Assembly (NCBI GenBank): GCA_964565645.1
Contig: CAZMFQ010000009.1
Span: 47,391-111,390, forward strand
Length of the DNA: 64,000 nucleotides
Reading direction: 5' to 3'
From: an uncultured Eubacteriales bacterium
GTDB taxonomy: Bacteria > Actinomycetota > Coriobacteriia > Anaerosomatales > JAHIQC01
The notes below the pieces were generated by a model. It was not told the DNA's origin. It ran no database searches and saw only the letters and a list, made by a program, of their open reading frames with translations. The translations under genes were made by a program, and so were the position numbers. Of this stretch, positions 18,709-28,517 are shown piece after piece (position 1 is the first letter of the stretch; each line of letters starts with the position of its first letter).

Positions 18709-19650
18709 CTACACCACCATGTCCAGGTACTCCTCGGCGAGGTGCGCCATGAGGGTCTCGGACTCCATGTCCTGGTCCTTGCCGATGAGGCCGCACGCGT
18801 CCGCCCTGCACTGCTGGCAGTGGCTCATCTGGCTGATGAACTCCTCGCACGAGCCGCGCATCGCGTGGATCTCTGCAGGACTCGGAGGGGTGACGCCCGC
18901 GAACCGCGCCTGCGGGATGAGCGGCAGCACGTTGCTCATGTGCGCCCCCTCCGCTCCGGCCACCTGGGCGATGGCGGGCAGCTCGAACTCGTTGACGTGC
19001 GGGATGTAGACCGAGTTGACCTTGACCACGAGACCCGCGGCCACGGCGCGCCGCAGACCGGTCCACTGCCGCGAGAGCAGGTGCTCGGCGGCCTCCATCC
19101 CGCGCAGCCGCTCGCCGTCGGGCCCGGTGACCCAGGCGTAGACCTCGGCGGCGGTCTCCGGCATCACGGCGTTGATCGTCACCGTGAGCGAGCGGACGCC
19201 CACCTCGACCAGGTCCGCCACCCGCGCCGGCAGCTCGAGGCCGTTGGTCGAGACGCACCCGATGATCTCAGGGTACTCCGCGCGCAGCATCGCGAGCGTC
19301 TCGAACGTTGCGTCGTTGGCGAGCGGGTCACCGGGACCGGCGATCCCTACCGCGCCTATGTTGCCGTTGCGCTCGACGACCGCGCGCACGCGCTCCATGG
19401 CCTCCGACGGGCTCAGGATCACACTGGCGACTCCGGGCCGCGACTCGTTGACACAATCGAACTTGCGCACGCAGTACCCGCACTGGATGTTGCACTCGGG
19501 CGCGACCGGAAGGTGGATGCGTCCGGTCCGGCCGTGCGCCGCCTTCGAGAAGCACGGATGCTCGTTGAGCACGAGCCGTTCGTTGGCGGTGGACGGCGGG
19601 CATGCATGCAAGGCGGGTGTCGTGCTGGCTTTGGTCGGCTCGAGACTCAT
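18709..19650 (-). CDS. nifB: Nitrogenase cofactor radical-SAM protein NifB (stand-alone SAM domain, no NifX-like tail)
   Basis: CNIQCGYCVRKFDC radical-SAM motif. Start at ATG 19650, 5 nt after AGGAGG; the ORF extends to 19677. Confidence 0.85.
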   Translation of the reverse strand: MSLEPTKASTTPALHACPPSTANERLVLNEHPCFSKAAHGRTGRIHLPVAPECNIQCGYCVRKFDCVNESRPGVASVILSPSEAMERVRAVVERNGNIGAVGIAGPGDPLANDATFETLAMLRAEYPEIIGCVSTNGLELPARVADLVEVGVRSLTVTINAVMPETAAEVYAWVTGPDGERLRGMEAAEHLLSRQWTGLRRAVAAGLVVKVNSVYIPHVNEFELPAIAQVAGAEGAHMSNVLPLIPQARFAGVTPPSPAEIHAMRGSCEEFISQMSHCQQCRADACGLIGKDQDMESETLMAHLAEEYLDMVV

Positions 19651-19698
19651 GGCGCCTCCTGCTGGCGGGTTTGGCACGGTTTCGCTGCCTGCGTAAGA

Positions 19699-19713
19699 AC
19701 AAGCATCGTGCCA
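19699..19713 (-). promoter_or_regulatory. Candidate sigma-54 (-24/-12) promoter of nifB-mod operon
   Basis: The minus strand reads TGGCACGATGCTTGT (TGGCAC-N5-TTGT; consensus TGGCAC-N5-TTGC), 49 nt upstream of the nifB ATG. Confidence 0.45.
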
Positions 19714-19775
19714 TTCCGATACCCCCTTCTACCTGCTGTTTTTCACCCCGCCGAGGAATGGCGCACGACAGTTTC

Positions 19776-19809
19776 GTGCCCCGTGCGACATTTGTGTCGC
19801 ACGGGGCAC
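19776..19809. promoter_or_regulatory. Perfect palindrome (15-bp arms, 4-nt spacer) containing the 19-mer shared with the nifH upstream region
   Basis: GTGCCCCGTGCGACA-TTTG-TGTCGCACGGGGCAC. Its centre is about 80.5 bp from the GG of the nifB -24 element. It also lies 10 nt after the fdxB stop. Confidence 0.5.
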
Positions 19810-19818
19810 CGGGGGGCG

Positions 19819-20094
19819 TCAGACGGTGACGTAGGTCTGGGCCTTCTTCGCGCAGACCTTGCCGCAGGACTGGCAGCCGATGCAGGCGCCGGGATCGGCG
19901 ACCGACATGACGGTGGTCACCATCTCCTCGCCGTCGTCGTCCTCATCGTCGTCATACGGCTTCTCGATCGGGGCGAGCACTCCCCGGCCGCAGACCTTGT
20001 AGCAGCGGCCGCAGCCGATGCAGGCCTCGAAGTCCACGGCGTCCAGATAGCTTGGTGTCCACGGCGAACCTCCGCGGGTGAGAGCCTCGGCCAT
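19819..20094 (-). CDS. fdxB: Ferredoxin III, nif-associated 2x[4Fe-4S]
   Basis: 91 aa. TRGGSPWTPSYL, CIGCGRCYKVC and CIGCQSCGKVC separated by an acidic insert (DDDEDDDGEE). Confidence 0.8.
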   Translation of the reverse strand: MAEALTRGGSPWTPSYLDAVDFEACIGCGRCYKVCGRGVLAPIEKPYDDDEDDDGEEMVTTVMSVADPGACIGCQSCGKVCAKKAQTYVTV

Positions 20095-20095
20095 G

Positions 20096-20521
20096 CTAGG
20101 CCACCGCCTCGGTGCCTACGGCACCGGTACGGATGGTCCGGGCGTCCTCGATCGAGGAGACGAAGACCTTGCCGTCACCGGGCTGGCCTGTCTTGTTCAC
20201 ATCGATGATCGCCTTGATGACCGAGGGGGCGTCGGCGTCGGTGACGATCATCGTGAGCATGCGCTTGGGGACATAGAGCGCGACCTTCGGCAGCGTGTGC
20301 TCGAGCGCGTAGGTCGAGGGGGTCGGCTTGATCTTGACGTGCGTCGCGTTGCAGACCTGTCCGTCGAGATCCATGTCCTGCAGCGTGCACGCCACGTCGC
20401 CGCGCTGCTTGCCCCGGCCTTCGACAGTCTGGATGGAGACCGACGGCAGCCCGATGGCCGCAAGCGCCGCCTTGGTCTCGGGGAGCTTGTCCCTGCGGAT
20501 GATGGCGGTGATCTCCTTCAT
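20096..20521 (-). CDS. nifI2: PII-family nitrogenase regulator NifI2 (long T-loop)
   Basis: 141 aa. PII fold (MKEITAIIRRDKL...EGRGKQRGD) with an extended loop. Immediately follows nifI1. Confidence 0.8.
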   Translation of the reverse strand: MKEITAIIRRDKLPETKAALAAIGLPSVSIQTVEGRGKQRGDVACTLQDMDLDGQVCNATHVKIKPTPSTYALEHTLPKVALYVPKRMLTMIVTDADAPSVIKAIIDVNKTGQPGDGKVFVSSIEDARTIRTGAVGTEAVA

Positions 20522-20523
20522 GT

Positions 20524-20841
20524 CTACAGCCCCGCCTCTCCGGTGCGGATCGTGTAGGCCTCCTCGACCGGAGAGAGGAATATCTTGCCGTCACCGATGA
20601 ACCCGGTGCGCGCCTTGTCCTCGATGAGGTCCACGACGGGACCGGCCTCGTCGTCCTCGACGACCATCATGAGGAGCGTCTTGGGCAGCTCGTCGTAGTA
20701 GATCGGGCCGACCTGCAGGCCCTTCTGCTTGCCGCGCCCGAACACGGGCATCTTGGTGAGCGAGCCGAAACCGGCTCCCTCGAGGGCCAGGACGACCTCC
20801 TGCTCCTTCTCGGGCCTGATGAACGCTCGAACCATCTTCAT
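20524..20841 (-). CDS. nifI1: PII-family nitrogenase regulator NifI1
   Basis: 105 aa. MKMVRAFIRPEK...GRGKQKG...GDGKIF. RBS GAAGGAAGGAAG upstream. Confidence 0.85.
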   Translation of the reverse strand: MKMVRAFIRPEKEQEVVLALEGAGFGSLTKMPVFGRGKQKGLQVGPIYYDELPKTLLMMVVEDDEAGPVVDLIEDKARTGFIGDGKIFLSPVEEAYTIRTGEAGL

Positions 20842-20930
20842 CGTGTCGCTTCCTTCCTTCTCGCCTGATCGTCGTATGGGTGGTCGCCCGCGCGAGCGGG
20901 CCGGTGCGGCCGGAGCCGCGGGTATGCCGT

Positions 20931-21401
20931 TCAGCAGCCGCAGCCGCCTGATGCCTCACAGGAACAGGTGCCGATGTCGTCGGCGTCTCCCGGCCCCGCG
21001 CACTGCTCGTTCGCGAGCGCCTTGCGCATCCAGGGCGCCGGATTGGTCGCCATGGTGGTGGCGAGCGCCTCGACCGTCGCCTCGATCGAGGTCCCCTGCT
21101 CGGCCTTGAGGGGCATGATGCCGCCCCGTACGAGCTTGGCCGCGCTCGGCCCGCCGATCTCGGTGAAGTACACGATCCTCACGTCGGCGAGCTTGGCGAT
21201 CTTGCTGCTCACGGCCTGATCGTGCTCGACGCCCATGCCGCGGGTGCCCACGACCTCCAGGTCGAGGTCGCCGTCGGCCACGCTGCGCAGCTCCACGAAG
21301 GTGCCGCCCTCAGGTGTGACGTCCCAGACGGCGAACGCGCCCGCCCGCCCGAAGTGCTCGTCGATCGTCGTGCCTCGTGTGGAGGCGAACGCCACCTTCA
21401 T
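20931..21401 (-). CDS. nifX: NifX/NafY-type FeMo-cofactor-binding domain protein with Cys-rich tail
   Basis: 156 aa. MKVAFAS..G..IDEHFGRA..F.VWDV pattern. 4-nt overlap with nifEN. The C-terminus ends TCSCEASGGCGC. Confidence 0.7.
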   Translation of the reverse strand: MKVAFASTRGTTIDEHFGRAGAFAVWDVTPEGGTFVELRSVADGDLDLEVVGTRGMGVEHDQAVSSKIAKLADVRIVYFTEIGGPSAAKLVRGGIMPLKAEQGTSIEATVEALATTMATNPAPWMRKALANEQCAGPGDADDIGTCSCEASGGCGC

Positions 21402-24031
21402 CGGTGCGCTCCTTCCGTCGTGCCCGCCTCACGAGAGGCGAGCAGGTTTGCGATGTCGTCCACGAGCGCCGTGGCGCCGCGGTATCCGAGGTGCGTGGTC
21501 CGTGATGCCCCGTACCGGCCGAACACGGGAAACCCGGTCTCGAGCAGGGCAGCGCCGAGGAGCCGCGCCCGCCGCCGCGCGTGGCTGTTGGAGATCACGA
21601 GGTCGATCCCGCTCTCGGGAAGCGAAGCGAGGTCGCCGACCACGACGCGCTTGGCCGGCGTGCGGCGCACAGCTGCGGTCTCGGTCGGCACGACCGCGAC
21701 CGCAGCGTCGATGGCGAGCTCGCGCAGCGCGCACGCCATCGACAGCACGTGGTCGGGCTCGAGCGCGAGCGCGATCCGTGCCCCAGCGAGGTCACCGTGC
21801 ACGTCGCGCATCGCGTCTACCAGCGCGGCGCGCTCGCGCTCGATGCGCGGCGGCACCGGCTCGCCCGACAGCAGGGAGAGCGTGGCCACCAGCCGGTCCG
21901 TCGCTTCGAGTCCGACCGACGCGTCCAGCACGGTATAGGGCGTGCCGTGCCGCCGCGCGAGCTCTCGAGCCGCAGGCTCGAGGCTCGGCCCGACCACGAG
22001 CGTGTGCGCCGAACGGGCCAGCGCGTGCAGCTCGCCCACGAGCGTGCCGCCGCTTGCGAGCGGTGAGAACTCCGTGCGGCTGCCGTCGAGGGCCGCCATG
22101 TCGGGCACGAGCACGGGGAACAGCCCGAACGCCTCGACGAGGCTCCTGAGTTCGAGGGCGTCTCCGGGGCTCAGGTGCGCACCGGCGAGCACCGTGACCT
22201 GATGGGGGTCGACGGCGCCGCTCGACTCCTCGGCAAGCCCCACGAGCGCCTCGACGGCGCGCGCGAACCCGTCCTCGAAGCCGCCCTTGTAGTCCGGCGC
22301 GCGGACCGCCAGCACGTCGCAGTCCAGCTCCGCGTCAAGCGCCCTCACGCTGCTGTCGATATCGTCGCCCTTGACCTCGGCAAGACCGCCGGAGACAACC
22401 GCGACGAGGTCGGGACGGGCCGAGGCGACCTGCGAGCGCACCGTGCGCTCGGCGGCCTCGGCGCTGCCCATGACGACGTCTTCGGTGAACAGCTTGCTCG
22501 TGGCAAGCGCGATCGGTTCGTTGTAGTGCCGTATGGCCAGGACCTTGCCCAGGAAGGCGCAGCCCTGCGCGGAGTGGAGCACCGGCAACGCCCGGTGCAC
22601 TCCCTGCAAGGCGACGCACGCGCCGAGCGACGGAGCGTTCTTGAGCGGGTCGATCACGCTGCGACGGCCTTCGTGCTCCACTTCGGTGTGCACCGGCGGC
22701 TCCCCGCAGGCGTTGATCGCCGCCTGGCGCTCGTAGAAGCGCACGCTGTGAGCGAGGTCGCGGGCGATCGTGACGAGCCCGTCGTAGCCCGCATACGCGT
22801 GCTCGCGCTCCTGGTTCACGTCGATGAACGGCCAGCCCTCCTTGGCGGCGAGGTACCGGTTGCGGCCGCCCGCCACGAGCAGGTCCGCCTGCCCTTCGGC
22901 AAAGAACCGCCGTACGACCCCAGCCGAGACGTCCTCGATGAGCGGGACGTCCGCGCCCAGGATCTCGCGGGTCTTGGCCTCGTCCTCGTGGCTGGACTTC
23001 TTGGTGCCTACGCCGACGACCTCGATGCCAAGATCGCGCAGGGCGCTCGCCATCGACCAGCTCTTGACGCCGCCGGAGTACAGGAACGCGCGCCTGCCTT
23101 CAAGCACGGTCCGGTACGGGAGCAGCTCCTCGGCCATGCGCGCCTCGTGGCGTGCGATGACGGCCTCGACGCGTTCGACGACGCCGGCGGCCTCGGGCGA
23201 GACCTCCGTGAGCAACGCCGCGATCGCGCGGAGCGAGCGGGCGGTCTCGGTGGCCCCGAAGAACGAGACCTCGACGTGCGGGATGCCCCAGCGGCGCTGC
23301 AGGCCGACCGCGACGTTGATGAGCGCGCGGCTGCACACGACCGCGGCGGCCTTGGCGTGGTGCGCCCAGCGGATCTCGGCGAAGCGCGCGTTGCCGGTGA
23401 TGTGCGAGAGCACGCGGATCCCCGCCTCGGCGAGCAGCGGTTCGACGAGGTCGAGGTCGCCCGCGACGTTGTACTCGCCGATGAGCACGATGTCGGTGGG
23501 TGTGACGCAGACCGGCTCACCGGTGCCGATGACGTGCTCGAGCAGCGCGTCACCGGCGATCCGGTTGCCGAGGTTCTTGGGGCCGACGAACCCCGGGCTG
23601 TGGACCGGGATGACCGGGAGCCACAACTCGGCGGCCAGACGCGCGCACACGGCGTCGATGTCCTCGCCCGTAAGCCCCGTGACGCAGGTGGAGTACACGA
23701 ACACGGCCGCCGGCGCCTCGATCGCCACGATCTCGCGCACCGCGGCTTCGAGCCTGTCCTCGCCGCCGTAGACGATGTCGAGTTCACTCACGTCGGTCGT
23801 GAACCCGCGCAGGTGCATATCCCCTGCCGAGGAACGCACCCCCCTGCCCTCCCACGCGTTGCCGGCGCAGGAGATCGGACCGTGCACGACATGCGCCGCA
23901 TCGGCGATCGGCGCAAGCACGATGGCCGCGCCGTCGAACGCGCACGACTCACCGCCGCGCGACCTGCACAACTTGTGCTTGACGTCGGTCTCGCAGCCCG
24001 CTTCGAGCAGCTTGTCGAGTCTGGCCGGCAT
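21398..24031 (-). CDS. nifEN: Fused NifE-NifN FeMo-cofactor scaffold (single polypeptide)
   Basis: 877 aa in one frame with no internal stop. NifE-like N half (ESCAFDGAAIVLAPIADAAHVVHGPISCAGN). NifN-like C half (DPLKNAPSLGACVALQGVHRALPVLHSAQGC). Confidence 0.85.
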   Translation of the reverse strand: MPARLDKLLEAGCETDVKHKLCRSRGGESCAFDGAAIVLAPIADAAHVVHGPISCAGNAWEGRGVRSSAGDMHLRGFTTDVSELDIVYGGEDRLEAAVREIVAIEAPAAVFVYSTCVTGLTGEDIDAVCARLAAELWLPVIPVHSPGFVGPKNLGNRIAGDALLEHVIGTGEPVCVTPTDIVLIGEYNVAGDLDLVEPLLAEAGIRVLSHITGNARFAEIRWAHHAKAAAVVCSRALINVAVGLQRRWGIPHVEVSFFGATETARSLRAIAALLTEVSPEAAGVVERVEAVIARHEARMAEELLPYRTVLEGRRAFLYSGGVKSWSMASALRDLGIEVVGVGTKKSSHEDEAKTREILGADVPLIEDVSAGVVRRFFAEGQADLLVAGGRNRYLAAKEGWPFIDVNQEREHAYAGYDGLVTIARDLAHSVRFYERQAAINACGEPPVHTEVEHEGRRSVIDPLKNAPSLGACVALQGVHRALPVLHSAQGCAFLGKVLAIRHYNEPIALATSKLFTEDVVMGSAEAAERTVRSQVASARPDLVAVVSGGLAEVKGDDIDSSVRALDAELDCDVLAVRAPDYKGGFEDGFARAVEALVGLAEESSGAVDPHQVTVLAGAHLSPGDALELRSLVEAFGLFPVLVPDMAALDGSRTEFSPLASGGTLVGELHALARSAHTLVVGPSLEPAARELARRHGTPYTVLDASVGLEATDRLVATLSLLSGEPVPPRIERERAALVDAMRDVHGDLAGARIALALEPDHVLSMACALRELAIDAAVAVVPTETAAVRRTPAKRVVVGDLASLPESGIDLVISNSHARRRARLLGAALLETGFPVFGRYGASRTTHLGYRGATALVDDIANLLASREAGTTEGAHR

Positions 24032-24040
24032 GGGTGGTCC

Positions 24041-25552
24041 CTACCGCACCAGGTCGAAGGACGGGGTCTGGAACGAAGCGCGGTCCATCTCGTCGAGCAC
24101 CGTGTTGACGATGTCGGTCAGCAGGTTCACCGCGCCGTTGTAGCCGATGATCGGCCGCTTGTGCAGGTGATGACGGTCGAACAGCGGGAAGCCCACGCGT
24201 ACGAACGTCGTGCCCGTGTCGCGCCACAGGAACTTCGCGTTGCTCGGGCCCATGAGCAGGTCGACCGGCTCGGTGAACATGAGTGAGCGCAGGTGCCACA
24301 TGTCCTTCTTGATCCAGACCGTCGCGTCGCTGCCGTAGGGCGAGCTCGCGAGCAGCTCCTCGGCGGCCTTCCTGAACTTCTTGTCGCCGTTGGTGACGAC
24401 GACGTGCACCGGCCTCATGCCGAGCTCGAGCATGAAGGAGAGCAGGCCCAGGACCACGTCCGGGTCACCGACGACTGCCACGCGCTTGCCGTGCACGTAG
24501 GGGTGCGAGTCGATCATGGCGTCGACGGCGCGCCCGCGCTCGAGCTCGAGTTCGGGGCTCGCCGGCATGCCGGACAGTGCGGTGATCCGCTCGATGAGCG
24601 CATCGGTCGCGGTGACGCCGATCGGGAACGGTCCGGCCGCGAACTCCTGCCCCCACTCCTTGGCGATGTACTCTCCGGTCTTGACGCTCGACCAGCGCTG
24701 GAGCGCGAGCGTGCCCTTGGCGTCGACCGCCTTGCGGACGTCGTCGAGCTTGGAACCGCCGGCGGGATACATGTCGTACTCGCCGGTCGCCGGCGCGTCC
24801 ACCACGTCGGAGTAGTCGCCGAGCATCCGGTAGGACACGCCCATCGAGCCGAGGATGTGCTTGATCTCGCGCAGGTTGCCCGAGTAGCCGTCGAAGCCGG
24901 GGATCACGTTGATGGTCCCGTCGTCCGTGGCGGACTTCTCGCCCGCGAGATCCTCGAGGATGCCCTTCATCATCGCGTCGTAGCCGTTGAGGTGGCTGCC
25001 CGAGAAGCTCGGGGTGTGCGCGAACGGCACCGGCATCCCGGCGGGCACTGCCCCCTTGTCCTTGGACTGCTTGATGTACGCACGCAGGTCGTCGCCGATG
25101 ACCTCGGCCATGCAGGTCGTGGAGACGGCGATCATGTCGGGGTGATAGAGCGCATCGGCGTTCTCAAGGCCCTCGATCATGTTGGACAGCCCGCCGAAGA
25201 CCGCCGCGTCCTCGGTCATCGAGCTCGAGACCGTGGCGATCGGCTCCTTGAAGTGCCGCGAGAGGTGGCTGCGGAAGTACGCGGTGCAGCCCTGCGAGCC
25301 CTGCACGAACGGAAGCGTCTTCTCGAACCCGAGCGCGGCCATCACAGCGCCGAGGGGCTGGCAGGCCTTGCAGGGGTTGATCGAGATGGCCTCGCGGGCG
25401 AAGTTGAGCTCCCGGTACTCGTCGGTCTTGGTCCACTCGCTCACCCGGGCGATCTCCTCGGCGTTCGAACCGTTCTCGAACTCCTTCTTGCGCTCGAACT
25501 GCTCCTGGTAGGCGGGCTGGCTGAACAGGGTGTTGTGATCGTGTGTCGGCAT
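24041..25552 (-). CDS. nifK: Nitrogenase MoFe protein beta chain
   Basis: 503 aa. INPCKACQPLGAV..ALGFE.TLPFVQGSQGCTAYFRSHL, typical of NifK. Confidence 0.9.
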   Translation of the reverse strand: MPTHDHNTLFSQPAYQEQFERKKEFENGSNAEEIARVSEWTKTDEYRELNFAREAISINPCKACQPLGAVMAALGFEKTLPFVQGSQGCTAYFRSHLSRHFKEPIATVSSSMTEDAAVFGGLSNMIEGLENADALYHPDMIAVSTTCMAEVIGDDLRAYIKQSKDKGAVPAGMPVPFAHTPSFSGSHLNGYDAMMKGILEDLAGEKSATDDGTINVIPGFDGYSGNLREIKHILGSMGVSYRMLGDYSDVVDAPATGEYDMYPAGGSKLDDVRKAVDAKGTLALQRWSSVKTGEYIAKEWGQEFAAGPFPIGVTATDALIERITALSGMPASPELELERGRAVDAMIDSHPYVHGKRVAVVGDPDVVLGLLSFMLELGMRPVHVVVTNGDKKFRKAAEELLASSPYGSDATVWIKKDMWHLRSLMFTEPVDLLMGPSNAKFLWRDTGTTFVRVGFPLFDRHHLHKRPIIGYNGAVNLLTDIVNTVLDEMDRASFQTPSFDLVR

Positions 25553-25562
25553 CGCGGGCCTC

Positions 25563-27035
25563 CTAGCTCGCCGCGCGCTCGGTGGCGGCGGCTGCCGCTC
25601 CCGGCTTGCGGATGAGCCCCCAGACGGGGCTGTTGACGGTCATGTCCATGTCGCGGGCGAAGACCTTGAACCCGTCGAATCCGTGATACGGGCCCGAGTA
25701 GTCCCACGAGTGCATCTGGCGGAACGGGACGCCCATCTTGTGATACGCGTACTTCTCCTTGACGCCGGAACCGACCAGATCGGGCTTGAGCGCCTTGGTG
25801 AACTCCTCGAGTTCGTAGGGCGTAGCGTCGTCCATGATCACCGCGCCCTCGGGGAGCAGCGGGTAGGTGCGCTTGTACTCGTCGTTGTGGCCGAACTCGT
25901 AGCCCGCGGCGATGATCTCCATGCCGAGGTCCTCGTAGGCGCCCACGACGTGCCGGGGACGCAGGCCACCGACGTAGAGCATCACCGTCTTGCCCTCGAG
26001 GCGCGGCTTGTACTGCGCGATGATCTCGTCCATCTCGGGCTTCATGCGCGCGATGAGCTCCTCTGCGTTGGCCTGGATCGTCTCGTCGAAGTGCGCGGCG
26101 ATCGCTCGGATGGACTGATAGATCTTGGTCGGGCCGAAGAAGTTGTACTCCTCCCACGGGATGCCCCAGGTGTCCTCCATGTACCGGCAGATGTAGTTCA
26201 TCGAGCGGTAGCAGTGGATGAGGTTGAGCTTGGCCTTGGGTGCGTTCGCGAGCTCGGCGAGGGTGGCGTCGCCCGTCCACTGCGCGATGACGCGCAGCCC
26301 CATGTCCTCGAGGATGCGCCTGGAGGCCCAGGCGTCCCCGCCGATGTTGTAGTCGCCGATGATCGTGATGTCGTAGGGCGTGGTCTCGATCTCGGTGGCC
26401 TGCTTCTCGAACACGTGATCGCGGATCGCGTCGTTGGCGATGTGGTGGCCGAGGGACTGCGAGACTCCTCGGAAGCCTTCGCAACGGACCGGCACGACAG
26501 GCTTGCCGTGCTCGGCGGTCTTGGCCTTGGCGACCGACTCGATGTCGTCGCCGATCAGGCCGACCGGGCACTCGGACTGGACGCTGACGCCCTTGGCGAG
26601 CGGGAACAGACCGTCGAGCTCGTCGATGATGGTGGCGAGCTTCTTGTCGCCGCCGTAGACGATGTCACGCTCCTGGTAGTCGCTCGTGAAGTGCATCGTG
26701 CCGAAGGAGTCGACGCCGGTCTCGCCGTTGTAGTAGTTGCGGCGCGACCAGTTGGAGTAGGCACCGCAGCCGACGGGCCCGTGGCTGATGTGGATCATGT
26801 CCTTGACGGGGCCCCACACGACGCCTTTGGAACCGGCGTAGGCGCAGCCGCGGACGGTCATGACGCCAGGACGGGACTTCACGTTGGACTTCACCGCGCA
26901 GCTCGAGCAGTCCGAGGTCGGGTCGTTGGGCTTGACGTGCTTCGCGCGGTCCTTGCGGGTCTTCTCGGGATAGACCTCGAGGACCTCGTCGATGAGCTTC
27001 TGCGTCTGGTTGATCTTGGAGCTCGGTGTCGTCAT
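25563..27035 (-). CDS. nifD: Nitrogenase MoFe protein alpha chain
   Basis: 490 aa. [38 protein letters not shown], typical of NifD. Abuts the nifH stop. Confidence 0.9.
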   Translation of the reverse strand: MTTPSSKINQTQKLIDEVLEVYPEKTRKDRAKHVKPNDPTSDCSSCAVKSNVKSRPGVMTVRGCAYAGSKGVVWGPVKDMIHISHGPVGCGAYSNWSRRNYYNGETGVDSFGTMHFTSDYQERDIVYGGDKKLATIIDELDGLFPLAKGVSVQSECPVGLIGDDIESVAKAKTAEHGKPVVPVRCEGFRGVSQSLGHHIANDAIRDHVFEKQATEIETTPYDITIIGDYNIGGDAWASRRILEDMGLRVIAQWTGDATLAELANAPKAKLNLIHCYRSMNYICRYMEDTWGIPWEEYNFFGPTKIYQSIRAIAAHFDETIQANAEELIARMKPEMDEIIAQYKPRLEGKTVMLYVGGLRPRHVVGAYEDLGMEIIAAGYEFGHNDEYKRTYPLLPEGAVIMDDATPYELEEFTKALKPDLVGSGVKEKYAYHKMGVPFRQMHSWDYSGPYHGFDGFKVFARDMDMTVNSPVWGLIRKPGAAAAATERAAS

Positions 27036-28025
<990 letters not shown>

Positions 28026-28036
28026 TTAGGTAGGGT

Positions 28037-28055
28037 CGTGCGACATTTGTGTCGC
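28037..28055. promoter_or_regulatory. Candidate upstream activator/operator dyad shared by nifH and nifB promoters
   Basis: CGTGCGACATTTGTGTCGC is identical to 19782-19800. Core dyad GCGACA-N4-TGTCGC. Its centre is about 81.5 bp from the GG of the -24 element. Confidence 0.5.
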
Positions 28056-28103
28056 GAGATTGCCGGGGTGTTTCGCTCGTGTCCGCGCGGAGACGGAAGA
28101 GCG

Positions 28104-28517
28104 CTACCCGCGCGTCGAGCGGGTCTGCACGCCGGACAGACGCGCCGGCAGGCCCGTGGCCGGATCGAAGGCCGGTCGCACGCCGAACACCGTGGGCCAG
28201 AACGCGAGGGAGGCTCCCACCGCCCAGGAGACCGCGGCCCCAAGGCGCGGTCGAGGATCCGGACCGAGATCGAGAAGATACATACCCGGCGTCCTGCCGA
28301 GGAACATGAGCGTGAGGGCCAGGTAGAGTTCGTGGACGACCACGATGCTCACAACGATGCTCACCACGAACACCGGCAGTGGGAGCGCGGCCCGGGCGAA
28401 CGGGAACGGGAACGCGATGACCGCGGCTACGAGGCCCGCACCGAAATCGATCAGTGCCGCGATCCTGGCCCTGGCCGGGTCCGCGAGCGGTCCTGTCTCG
28501 AAGCGGCTGAGACTCAC
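28104..28517 (-). CDS. RDD-family membrane protein
   Basis: 137 aa. ARIAALIDFGAGLV and GRTPGMYLLDL resemble RDD-family motifs. Hydrophobic helices. Confidence 0.55.
   Translation of the reverse strand: MSLSRFETGPLADPARARIAALIDFGAGLVAAVIAFPFPFARAALPLPVFVVSIVVSIVVVHELYLALTLMFLGRTPGMYLLDLGPDPRPRLGAAVSWAVGASLAFWPTVFGVRPAFDPATGLPARLSGVQTRSTRG

Noticed and set aside
19672-19686. Plus-strand TGGCACGGTTTCGCT as a sigma-54 promoter
   Set aside because: The -12 GC is out of register and there is no plus-strand gene downstream. It lies in the nifB leader on the wrong strand.
19776-19809. The 34-nt palindrome interpreted purely as the fdxB intrinsic terminator
   Set aside because: It has no U-tract. 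Its central 19 nt are identical to the sequence upstream of nifH, and both sit at the same distance from a TGGCAC element. A protein-binding role explains that better, although a dual role is not excluded.
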